A stretch of DNA of 64,000 nucleotides, from assembly GCA_015680685.1 (NCBI GenBank), contig MNCI01001065.1, positions 202,029-266,028 on the forward strand, in the 5' to 3' direction. Made by a program: the position numbers and the translations under genes. Shown here piece after piece: positions 39,577-51,300 of this stretch. The notes beneath the pieces were generated by a model that ran no database searches, had not been told where the DNA came from, and worked only from the letters and a program-made list of their open reading frames with translations. Source of the stretch: Gnetum montanum (Eukaryota > Plantae > Gnetophyta). The first letter of the stretch is position 1. Every line of letters begins with the position of its first letter.

Positions 39577-40431
39577 ATGGCCACAGCTCGTAGCTTTGGC
39601 ATCCTAAACAACGATGAGGGATTCTCCTCTGGTCAGTTTAGCTTTCATGATCTCGTTTAAGTCTCAGTTTTACTGCTGTTTGTTTTAACGTTCTCAGGGA
39701 TTCATCAAAGTGTTTTGTTTCTGTTTTTTCCTGTTGGGATCGTCTTTGTGAAAGAATATCATATTGGATAGGTTCGTGAGAGATGAGACAGTTTACTACC
39801 TTACTTGTTTGACGATGTGGGTTCTGTTATGGCTTGAATTGTGATGATTTACAGGACGAAGCAGGATCAGGGTTCCGGTAGCGGCGCTGCCGCAGCCTGC
39901 AACAACCCGGTGGAACCCAACAGCAGAGCAGCTGATGATTCTTGAAGAATTGTACCGAGGCGGCATGAGAACTCCCAATGCTGAGCAGATCCAGCAAATA
40001 ACTGCTCACCTTTCTCTCTACGGCAAGATCGAAGGCAAAAATGTCTTTTACTGGTTCCAGAACCACAAGGCTCGCGACAGACAGAAGCTCAGGCGCAGGC
40101 TTGACACCAGAGTAGTCCATGAGCAGCCCAAGAATCATGCATTTCTGCAAGTGGGTTTTTCTGGGTTTTCTTCACAGCTTGCTTTCTTTCTTTTCTATGC
40201 TTTTGTAGATTCACCCACCCAAGATTTCTTTTGCTTTCTTTTCAGGATTTTGATGTTCCCGAGGTATCCAGCTTTTGGAAGGCCGGCGCAGTTGAGCAGG
40301 TGGGAGAAGAAAGAAATCTAGTCGAGGATTGCGAACTCGGTCTGGCCTTGGATATGGAATCCGTTTATCCTACAAGGAATGCTAGGCCTCTGCAGACTCT
40401 GCCGCTCTTTCCGACTTGCAGTGGATTCTGA
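39577..40431 (+). CDS. WOX3: WUSCHEL-related homeobox transcription factor, WOX3/PRS/NARROW SHEATH clade; exons 39577-39631, 39855-40150, 40246-40431; 178 aa
   Basis: Homeodomain [70 protein letters not shown], with WOX3-typical [12 protein letters not shown] and RDRQKL. C-terminal WUS box [14 protein letters not shown] introns with matching phases: GTCAGT..TTTACAG (phase 1) and GTGGGT..TTTCAG (phase 0). The ATG is in CCACCATGG context. Exon 1 is less certain than exons 2-3. Confidence 0.93.
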
Positions 40432-42114
40432 GTATCCCAATAACTGCGGTCATGCCTTTCTCTGCTTTTTACACAATCTTTCATCTTGTTCCTCCATTTT
40501 TTTCAGAACTTCTATGCTGCCCTCTGCATATAGAACTCTTCTTTTACTTCTAGTTCCGATGTTCCAACACAAACTTTGCTGGTTATCATTTCAAGATATC
40601 AGTGATTGCCATGAATGTATGATTCTTGATTTCTGTAAGTTGCAGTTGTCCATGATTGGAACTTGGAAGCCTGCAAGATCAGCTTTCTGTGGGTTAATTT
40701 AAGAAGGAAAGCCCCAAGTTCTAAGAAGTAACGAACTGGCCTTTAATGGGAATCATAACATAATGATGATGATGATGATGATCAAAACCCTAAATCCAAG
40801 CAACCAGAATTCCCTAAACGACAAAACCCTGAATTCAAGGGGAACGATGGCTTTTCGTTACGTGTGGTGGGGGTAGTTTACCTGGACGACACTGTTGGAT
40901 TGGATCATTTTTCAATTTTCCATCATGAGATGCAGATTCTCCTTTTATCTCTTTCTTTCTAGTTTTAGTGTTTTGGCAACCACAGGAAATGGCCTCCACG
41001 GCTTCTTACTATGAACACTGATTCACGGTGCTCAGTCAGCCACACGGTATTTCTTTTAAGATTTTAGGAATGATTGCACGGTACCTGGAAACGTGACTGC
41101 CTAAATATTCTACCTTTGGTATTCGCATATATAGAATTTGAAAATTTTTAATTGTGAACCGCGCTCACAGATCGAATTTTCCAGTGCAGACAATGAACAG
41201 ACGTGTAGCACAGAATCTTTATCGACACTGTAAAGCGTAAACACAGGCAAATAGTGTTTCCTTTTTGTTTAATATGAATGATTAAAAACACGATTCACAT
41301 ATGCTGCTGTAAATGCCTGCATCTTAAGTACTTGTTGAGACTCTCGAAAAGTTTGCAATGAAGATAATGGAATTCAAGGTCGTAAATTTCCGCTGTGAGT
41401 TACCGACCCAAGCTGCCAAGGAAACGCGAAAATGGTATGATCGCTTACCTCGTTTTCTGTCATTTTCATGCATCAGTAATCTCATGGCTTTTCCTGGTAC
41501 GATAGGCTTTTTCGTTAACTATAAGTAGCTAACAATGGAATGCATTGCACAAGTGCTAGGTTTTTTTTCTAACGAAAAACTACGGAGCTAGACCTAGACG
41601 CTTAATTGAGTTAGTACGGTTGTGCTTTGAAAAATACATAGACGTTTTTGTAAACCTGATAAGAGTGAACGTCGTATAAGCTAACGAAAAGATCGAGGTC
41701 CTACGAAAGTTCATCGGTAGCCCTCGGGAGTACCAACCGCTGAAAATTCATCTCAAAAGAAGCTGAAACGCAGTGAAGTCGAAATATGCCAGACAGAAAC
41801 CACGACTTCAGTGAAGTTAACAGAAATCGCAAAGTAAAAATTAGACGAGAATTGAACGTGGACAGATTGATTTAGGGGCATGCCTAACCAACTTCAGGTA
41901 TAAAAATATTTGTGTTGAATTTCTATTCCTACTCTTTTCAGAGCTAGACATTTCATAGAGTATTTACAAGTGTTCTTCAAATTCGGGCCGATGGAGTTGA
42001 GAAGAACCAATTTTTATTATAACTTTAATTTTTATCGAGAAATCAATACTTTTAATACACCATTTATAAAAAAATTCAAACTTTTAGGCTTGATATATTC
42101 TTAGATTTTTCAAA

Positions 42115-42284
42115 CACGATATTCATTATTTGGCATTGATGTCACTAAATTCAATACTCTTATACTAATGAGTTTTATAAAAGCAAGAGGCTTAGTGGCA
42201 CGATATTCATTATTTGGCATTGATGTCACTAAATTCAATACTCTTATACTAATGAGTTTTATAAAAGCAAGAGGCTTACTGGCA
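42115..42284 (+). repeat. Tandem duplication, 84-bp unit x2
   Basis: cacgatattcattatttggcattg...aagcaagaggctta starts at 42115 and again at 42199, nearly identical. Confidence 0.9.
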
Positions 42285-42375
42285 TATTGGCAGTGAAATC
42301 TTATGGATGAGTTCTTGGTTGCTATGAAAAATGGGTAAGCAACAAAAGAGGCATGCACAACAAATCAGTGTAGCA

Positions 42376-42715
42376 AAATGCTAATGCTGAATATTATTAA
42401 AAAAAATAAAACTACATAACGCAGACATTAGAGGAAGACTTGGAGTGGGTTCTATTTCAAATAAGCCACAATGATAGTAGCTTAAATAGTTTAGACATGT
42501 GCAAAGAAGACTAGATAAATAAAGTTTGCTACATTATTGCTCTCGGAAAGCTATCGAAATGATGACTAAAGAAGACATGGGAAAAAACAAAGATGATTTG
42601 AAGAAATTGCAAATAAATAAAGATCTAGCTCTTCATAAAGATGAATGACAAAAAAAGAACTCATGTATCCAACCCCTTTTTATTAGGATAAGGCTAGGAT
42701 GATGTTGACGATGAT
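42376..42715 (+). mobile_element. RTE LINE 3' fragment
   Basis: Homologous to 34366-34716 (attagaggaagacttggagtgg...aaattgcaaataaa.aaagatcta...ggct.gat tail). Shorter 3'-end pieces occur at ~42890-42936 and ~43060-43133. Confidence 0.8.
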
Positions 42716-43139
42716 ATAAAACATTAACAACGTAAAAATGGCATCTCATTTTACCATGAAACAAGAAAATAAAAAAATCATTTTACCATAAAGATAAGCT
42801 ATGTTGATGAGGCAATAGAACATTAACAACCCATTTTATTATAGTGTTTCATAATTAATTTTTAAATATGCAAATAGAATATTTTTTGTCAATCCTATTT
42901 TGTTGGGACAAGGCTAAAATGATGATGATGATGATGTAAAATTTAAACAAACTATAACAATGCAAGGTGAAGATTAGACAATGAGTACAAGAGCCACCAA
43001 AAGCCTTTGAAAGGAAGACTAAAAAAAGAGTGGAGAAAAACAAAAGATTATACAAATCTTCCTAGAGGTGAATGGAAAAATAAAGCTCATGTAGTTGATC
43101 CTATTTTGCTAGGGCAAGTTTAGGATGATGATGTAGCTA

Positions 43140-43309
43140 TTAAGTTCTATGATATTTTATGGTCACTATATGTTTAGGGGATACATATATTTATTTTGAT
43201 AACCCCACCAAATAAAGATATCCCTTAAATATAGGGGTATTAAATTAGTACTAGATGACTATATGTACCCTTGAGTATATAGTCAACATAGAACATTTGT
43301 CGAACTTAA
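43140..43309. mobile_element. Fold-back element / MITE-like
   Basis: ~50-bp imperfect inverted arms: ttaagttc...ctatatgtttaggggatacatata versus tatatgtacccttgagtatatag...gaacttaa. Confidence 0.55.
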
Positions 43310-45869
43310 GACAAACATAATGGTATGTCATATCAATATACTGATTGAAATCAAACCTACAACTTGTAAGCCACAAATCTCTCTAACCAAGTGAGCATGC
43401 TTTATTAATGTTGACTTTATAAGATCACCCTTTGCATTAGTGTAATATTTTGAAGATGTGTATTTAAAGAGGACATTTTCTAATTTTTTAAATTCCCTCA
43501 TCTTTTTTGGGGGTGGGAAAAGGGAAAAGGGATCAAAACTAGAAATGATTTGACTATTAGTACACCGAAACATATATAGCAAACATGCTACAAAGAATTA
43601 TACTCAAAAATTGTTTATCTAATATATCTTAGTAGGTCCTTATAAATGTGGGGGGCTGTTGGACCCTAATCTTATTCTTTATAATAAGCAAAAACTTATA
43701 GCACAACCTTAACACTCAGTAGAAATTAGGAAAAACAACATGGAAAGAAAAAACCTTTCAATTTTGGGAGTGTCTACTCAAGTGTACAACCTAACAAATA
43801 ATGCTTTAAAAAATTAGGAGAGGAAAACTAATTATTGGTAGGTCCTTATAAGTATAATACACTTTACTTTTAAGTTTGTTAATAATAAAATAAACTATAA
43901 CAGGTTATAGGCTTGATTTCATTAGATAGCACTAAGTTATAAACTTCTATAAATCTTGGGGGTGTACCTATGTTTCAATTATTTTGGGTTCCAACATCCC
44001 AATTTTGAAAGAGGCCAACTACTAGATAACTGAAGAGGATCCTTCTTGGTCAAAGTAAATAAAATATTATTTTTAAATCATAATACTAGTAGGGAGCTTC
44101 CTAGTTAAAGTAAATAATATAAATCAATTATAATACAAGAGAGGTGAGGGGGAGCTATCTAGTCACAATAAAGTATACATAGTAGTCTTACTTACCATTG
44201 TTTTAGGTTTTCCATTTGGAAGTAATCTAGCATGACACTTAAATTTTATTCATAATGTAAACATTTATCTCAAATTTGCCTACCTTTTCCATGAGTAAAG
44301 AAGAATCAATTTGAAGATTTCATTTTTTGTAAAGGGAAGATATCCTCTCAGCCAGAATAAAAAAAGATATATAATCAAATTCAAAGTATTTATATATGAT
44401 CTTTTTAAAATAAAAAATTTCAAAAAGTCTTTTATATATATCATCATCAACATTGTCTCTATCTTATTAGTTTGCAAAATGAGTTCAAGTCATATACTTA
44501 AGACATTTTTATGTTGCACTTAAGTTCCATTAAAGTATCATGTTGTCTACATGCATGACTAGAGTACATATAGCCAAGGTTGCTCTCATCAATTTAGAAA
44601 GACTTACTAGGTAGTGAAGTAATTTAATATTAATTTAATACCTAAATGCATTTTGTTACATCCATTAAGTGATTCTACTAAGACTCTTTGCTAGTGATAA
44701 GTAGCTCAAGTGGTTAGCTCATTGTCCTATTAGGGAAGGGGTTGCTAAACCAAGTCATACTTATGGCAATATTATATTCCTTTATAAATTTCCTAATGTA
44801 TCATGTTGGCTCTACGTCTTGAGGTATACTTAAATTCAAATTATTTCAAGTTCTAACACCCACTACTCAAACCCTCATATATTTATTAGACCACACTAAT
44901 TTTGGAATTTCTTTTATAGAATTTATCCATAACTCAACATTGCACATTGGAATTGAACTTGTGAGTAATAACTAGTAATAAATTTATTTGAACCTTGCCA
45001 CCTTAGAGTGGGTGCCAATTATATTATATATAGTTGATAACATGTCTTCTTAGCTAGTTACAAACTATGATATAAAAAATGTACCATTTTTTAAAGAGAT
45101 TAGAAAAAGAAAAATTACAAGTTACAGGTCTTAGCATGGTAATCCCAAATCACAAGTTTGATTTTACTAGGTAATACTAAGTTATAAACTTCTATAAACA
45201 TGATAATGCTATTTTTTTTCTTGGTAAGGCCTAGTGGTATGGGTCTTGGCCTAGCAAAAATGATAGATATCAAAAGCAACATAAAATGATTTTGGGAAAT
45301 TTCACCCTTCATTAGCATATCTTTGATGCTGAATGTATGCCAAAAATAAGGATGGAAACATACAATTTATAAGAAGAACTTGGCCCATTCTAAAAAAATA
45401 ATGAGCACATGTTTAAAAGAAAAATATAGCAACCCTCACATTTGCAAGCGTGAGGACGAGCTAATAGTCTAAAGATCAAAAAGTATGAATATCATAATTG
45501 AATTTATTGCAACATCAAGAACCTCCATGGTTTGAAAGTTTCTCCAATAGATGATAGGTTTGGGGAAAACAGTAGTTAGACATGGATCTTGTTGCTATAG
45601 CCACAAGAGTTCAAGGTCCTTCACATTTAAGGATTTAGTTGAAGAACTCAAATCTATGATGAAAACAAAAGGGGTCCTACTAGTGCCATACAAGCTTCCT
45701 TGGACAGCTTGGAGGAGAGCAGCTACATGTGAAGCAGAAACTTTGCGTAGAATCATTTGATCGACTAGTTGTACTTCATCATGACTTGGGTGTATACAAT
45801 TTAGCCCAAAAGAATCTAAACATTAATGAATTATGTTGCTTTGATGAAGCAAGAGCTAGATTCGCTAGC

Positions 45870-46714
45870 TGATGAGTGGCGAGATACCCCTACACTCAAC
45901 CATACGAATACGAGCATAGCACACGCGATCCGGTCAAACTCCGCAGACTAAGTGCCTACACGCCTCATGGAACACTTAAGCTTAATCATTCGTTGTCTTC
46001 CCAGACTTACTTGTAGTTGTCACAGTGTATGGTTAAGTAAGTCTGAGGTATATGATTTTTATAGTTTTTATGTTTTTATCTCCTAAGCTGACAAGGTAAA
46101 GGGTAGAGAGACTAATTACTAACTCTAACTAATGAACTAAGTCTAAATTAACCTAGCGTCAGCATCTGTTCCCACTTACCGTACACACCCTGAACCAATG
46201 CAACCGTGGCTACCAAACGCTAATCGTTGCTGGGATCACCACGCATAACGCACTTACTTGAAGTGGTCGTACTGAGGCACTTAACTAGGAGAGAAGGGTT
46301 GAGAAATATTTAATTCCTAATAAAGCATGTAAATGGAAAGCAGTAAAGAAAAATAAATAAAGTCCTAATTAGCCTATTCCATGCACTACAAGGTTTATCC
46401 AAGAAGCTTGTCTTTATTGCCGTACACAAACTTGTGTTCAGGTACAATGTCTACTCGAATAAAGATCCGTTCAGTTTAGGACTCCTACTGCGGGCACATG
46501 GAAAATATTCTATCTCTGGAGTGATCAATCTGCCAGAGTTTCTCTACTGTTTAGCCTAGGATGATGAAACAAGGGAGAGCCGCCTCTTATTTATAGATAT
46601 GATGACGCACCGCGATATCGCGGGGGACGACGCGATATCGCATCCTCGCAATATCGCGACGGCCGCGATGTCACGTACGTGATATCACGGCCCATGCAAT
46701 ATCACGTCTCATCA
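45870..46714 (-). mobile_element. Solo LTR of the Athila family with TSD CTAGC
   Basis: TGATG...CATCA termini; homologous to the copy 1 and copy 2 LTRs; CTAGC at 45865-45869 and 46715-46719. Confidence 0.95.
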
Positions 46715-46801
46715 CTAGCAAAAGCAGTGAGAGAAACAATAGTAAAGTAGAATTCTCATTGCTGCTCTCAAATCTAAAACTCCAACAAACTTGTTGGTGC
46801 T

Positions 46802-47730
46802 TGATGAGTGGCGAGGTAGCTCTACACTCAACCATACGAAACAAGCGTAGCACGTGCGATCCGGTCGAACTCCGCAGACTAAATGCCTAAACACCACAAG
46901 GAACTCTTGGGGTTAATCGTTCGTTGTCTTCCCAGGCTTGCTTGTATGTGTCACGGTGTATAGTTAAGCAAGTCTGAGGTATATGATTTTTTTGGTATTT
47001 TTCAGTTTATCTCCTAAGCTATGAGGGTGAAGGGTTGAGAAACTAACTAACTCTAACTACACACTAAGTCCTAGCGTCAGCATCCGTTCCCACTTGCCAT
47101 ACACACCCTGAACTATGCAACTGTGGCTACCAAACGCTAATCGTTACTGGGATCACCACACGTAACGCACGTGCTCGAAGCGGTCATACTGAGGCACTTA
47201 ACTAACCTAAGTGTGACAAGCAGCCGATTCCTTGACTAGCCGTACACATCCGTAGATGCTCGTAATCAAGTCGTACTTGTCCCACGTTCTAGGAGGAAAG
47301 GGTTGAGAGAATCTACTCGCGATGAGTAGCCGATTCCTTGGCTAGCCGTACATGTTCGTCAACGCTCGTAACCAAGTCGTACTCATGTCGCGTTACTAGG
47401 AAAGCAGTAAATAACATTAATTAAACCTATCCATGCACTGCAAGGTTTATCCACAAAGTTCGTCTTTATTGCCGTACACAACTTGCGTTTAGGTACAAAG
47501 TTGCTCGAATAAAGAACGGTTCACTTGGGGGACTCCTACTGCGGGCACATGGAAAATATTCTATCTCTGGGGTGATCAATCCGCCAGAGCTTCGCTACTT
47601 TACGCCTAGGATGAGAAATGAGGGGAGTGCCGCCTCTTATTTATAGATATGGTGGCGGACCGCGATATCGCGTACGCGATATCGTAGGGAAAGACGCGAT
47701 ATCGAGGCTTGTGCAATCTGCGTCTCATTA
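46802..47730 (-). mobile_element. Second solo LTR (variant subfamily) with TSD GTGCT
   Basis: TGATG...CATTA termini; GTGCT at 46797-46801 and 47731-47735; extra ~75-bp direct repeats at ~47220-47293 and ~47326-47401. Confidence 0.93.
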
Positions 47731-47954
47731 GTGCTCAACAAAAAGACCTTAGTTGAGCAAGGAGCTCAAAACCTCAAAGATTCTAGAGTCCATATTTAGC
47801 TAACAATCATGAAGAAAGAAGAAATGTTTTGGTGAAAAATTTTATGTGGATCATGTGCAGCAGCTAAAGAGACTTGGTAGAGACTAAATAGAATGCAAAT
47901 AAGTAAAGAAACTATAACACATTATAGAAGTTGTTAAACATTAACTGTAAATGA

Positions 47955-48088
47955 GGTGTTAGCCTATTGGTATAGGTCTCGACCTGGTAACTCTAGGTCA
48001 CAAGTTTGATTCTACTAGGTAGCATTGAATTATAAACTTCTATAAATTTTGGGGTATACTTATATTTCAATTATTTTGGGTTCCAACA
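47955..48088 (+). mobile_element. tRNA-derived SINE-like repeat (family also at ~43900-43997, ~45120-45198 and inverted at ~55330-55372)
   Basis: A-box-like TAGCCTATTGG and B-box-like AGTTTGATTC, followed by the shared body ttataaacttctataaat...attattttgggttccaaca. Confidence 0.6.
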
Positions 48089-48164
48089 CATCTCTTTTTA
48101 AGAGATAAAAAATACTTTTTTCTTTAACAATTAAATATATTTGCATCAATAGGGACTATCATTT

Positions 48165-48330
48165 GAAGTGATAGTAAGTTACTTGTTTCTCAAGTTTAAG
48201 ACTTAGGTCTCAGGTTTAAGACTTAGGTTTGAGCTTAAGTAAGACCACTTGAAAGAGGTTAGGGTTTCGCTCATCCACCAACCCTTCCATAATCCCACCT
48301 TAGTGAAATGAACATTGAGCCTTTGGATCT
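48165..48330 (+). mobile_element. Au-like tRNA-derived SINE
   Basis: cttgtttctcaagt..aagactt.ggtt.gagctt...aagaggttagg.tttc.ct.at..accaaccct is shared with the inverted copy at ~52590-52725. Organisation resembles plant Au SINEs. Confidence 0.55.
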
Positions 48331-51300
48331 TTTATATATTTGCATCAATGCTAAGAGTTATAATGTTTATAAATTACTCAAAACACAAATAACTAAATGC
48401 ACATCAAACGTACCATCCATCAAGCATCAAGTGGAACATTTCAACATATCCTTGTGTTGTCATTAAAACTAACATAACTAAAATTCAAGCATCAAGTGGA
48501 ACATTTCAACATATCCTTGTGTTGTTTCTGTGTTATAGTATCTTTCCTTAACTTCTAAATGGTTGTATCCCGTACAATAATGAGCTACACTAGCATGAGA
48601 AAGATGGCTATGGATCAAAGCACTCACTATAACGTTAGTTGGCTCACAAGATTAACATCCTTCTTAATTCAAAGCCTACCAACATTATCTTCTTTCCAAA
48701 AGCAAGCAAACACACTCTGCTCAGGCAAAGTGATTAATCTCTCAAAAAGAGATGGCTATGCATCCCGATCAATTAGAGAAATCTTCAAATAACATACACA
48801 TCTTAAGTCATAGTTTAACATTACGAGATTACCGGGCAGGCCTTATAAACTCGAAAACGTAGCATTTATGATAAAAAGGTATCATTTTCAGTCCAGGTTA
48901 CCACGATGCTACTGCCGCCTGTTTTAACAACTTGTGACGACTTTCCGGAGTTGTATTGCGATTGTGGCTGACGTAGCGTTCTGCATCGTGAGTCCCGATG
49001 CAGGTGGTGATATGCTAATAAGGTTGATTTTAAAGTGCCGGGAAAACTGCAATGAAGACGAGGCACACAAATGCTACATGATCATTAAATCCTACCTTGA
49101 CCCAATACATGGATGCAATGTTGTGTTGATATGTATTCTTACAAAATTCATGCATGATGCAAAGGATCATATTGGTATTGTAACTTTGTTGTTTATAGTT
49201 TTAGTATGCAGATAATGCCAGTTGTATATAATCTTTTATAATATACATCAAGCATCTTGTATAACGAGTTTATTGCTATTTTAGTGAGTTTATTGCTATT
49301 TTAGTGCCTTACATGGATGATTTCTTATGTGTTTTGCTAAGCTAGCTACCTTTATTTGAAGCCTCCATGAGTGCATTTTATGTGCTTTAGTCAACCACCT
49401 CTAGAATACAACAAATCATATTGTAAGAGCAAAGTGCCAGTAGTTTTTGCTTGCAATCATGGTTTGTCTAGTATCTTGCTGCTCTTTCTTTTCATTTTTA
49501 AAGTTTTTTTTTGTGTGTTTTTTGAAATTCTCTTAATTATTTGTTTTATTTTACTCATTTGTCTAACTTATAGATGAGATAAAAAGACAAATGATGATGA
49601 TGATGATTATTATTTTATTTTATTTCTTTTTTTCCTACATCAGGGTTTCTAAGGTCCTCTCTACCTTTTGTTTCATTTCAAATTTATTACAGTTAAAGAT
49701 CTTCAATTAGTTTATCTGATTTTTATTTTCTTATCCTTCCTTTTCTTAAACTAAGAAAACAATGCATTCATTGCTTCCTTCATGCATTAAATCTGATTGT
49801 GATATCATTATACTTTTCATTTTACCTTTAAAAACTTATTAAAATTTACCTTACTTGGTTCAAAGGTATAACTAAAATTTGGCCTTGCAATGAAATTGAG
49901 GGGAGACCCTGAATTTTTGTCCGTGCCACTTACCCCCTTAATCCTGCCACATGTATGCTATGAAAAAAGCTCTAGAAAGCAAAACGCAATGATCTTGTCA
50001 CACTTTAAGAGTTTGGTCCGATCCAATTGTTTCAGTAACTATTCACCAAGGACTTGCTCTAGAGTCTGGACAATGAATGAAGTTTAAAGCCCTACTAAGC
50101 GTCCAAAAGAGTCCTTCAAGATAACCCAAAAACCCTGTAACGTGAGAAGCTGGACTTTTTGGTACACACCATGGATCACTTGCGGTATCTTGGGCTCGTA
50201 AATAATTGCGCAGACGTAGATTTGAGTGTTTCATTATATTGACCAAGGAAATCGGAAGCCGGAATCATTTGCGGATTCTTGGGCGCAGACCCAACAAAGC
50301 CGTGAAACTGCGCCAGGACATGACAGGAGTTGACATGACGAGATGTGCGACTGTATCTGTTGGAGAAAGCAGGCAGCCAAGAGCCAACGTCATGGAATCT
50401 GGACAAGAAGAAAGCAAATCCTTGAGGCCTTCTTGAACTGAACCAGCACAAGAGGCTAGCAATAGCAAATTCACCATGACCAGCCATCAGCCTTACGGGC
50501 CTATGCCTACTGGACTGGACTGCTGGCCACTGCATGCATCCATCTACTACTAGTGGTAGTTGTTGCTGTTGTTACTCAGGAAGGAATCAGTACTACTTCT
50601 GATGCAATTACCAAACACCAATAACCAAGTCTGCTTCAGCTTCTGCTTCTACTTCAGCTTGGCCTGCAGCAATGAGTCTGCAGCAACAAGAAGATGAAGA
50701 AGCAGAACAGCAGCGGCGGCAGCAAGATGCCTGGAAATTTTCAGCAAAACAAGTACACGCATTAAATCTGAATGCCGCTGCTGGTACACCGGTGACCAGT
50801 GAATCAGTGATGCATTGGTATTGCGTCTAGTTTTTGGCGAGGAATCTGATAAACGCCGAGCCGAGCTGCGCTGTGCTGTGATGGGATGTGCCCCTACTTA
50901 CTATTCCCTGATCCTAAGTCTTAAGTTGCAAGTCCTGACCGAACCCATGAAGAAAGACAAGACGGATTGACAGATGACGCAAATAAATAGGTAACAGAGT
51001 AATGGAGAAAAAAAGAGAGTCACTTGTATAATTGACTGCTTTGCTTGGTTTTGCTTGTGTCTCATCGTTTGAACTTCAACTTTGAACGAAGAATGGAGGA
51101 GGTGCAAGGACGAACATGGACTGAAGGATGGACCGTTGATGGCTTGTCCGCCGTCGTTAGTAGACCAGAAGCGTGCTGGGCTCAGCATGTCGGTGTACTA
51201 GTACTACTGCAAAACTGAGATGAGAAGAGAATGGACCGGCCCTGATTTTACAGGCTTGTCTCTCATGTTCATCTTCATTCTCATGCTCATGCCTCATGCC

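Noticed and set aside
45869-45915. CTGATGA...GAA hammerhead-like core (retrozyme idea); also CTGATAAG at ~41655
   Set aside because: CTGATGA is just the last TSD base plus the LTR terminus. I could not build stems I-III, and the second site lacks the core consensus.
45870-47730. TRIM or complete mini LTR element formed by the two adjacent LTRs
   Set aside because: Each LTR has its own distinct TSD and the spacer has no PBS or PPT.
45400-47940. Possible decayed gag remnant hosting the two solo LTRs (SFTFKDLVEELKS; AAAKETW)
   Set aside because: Too few residues to call an element or its boundaries.
50176-50535. 119-aa and other overlapping ORFs in the GC-rich islands (also 36765-37492)
   Set aside because: No recognisable domains or splice structure; such ORFs are expected by chance in GC-rich DNA.
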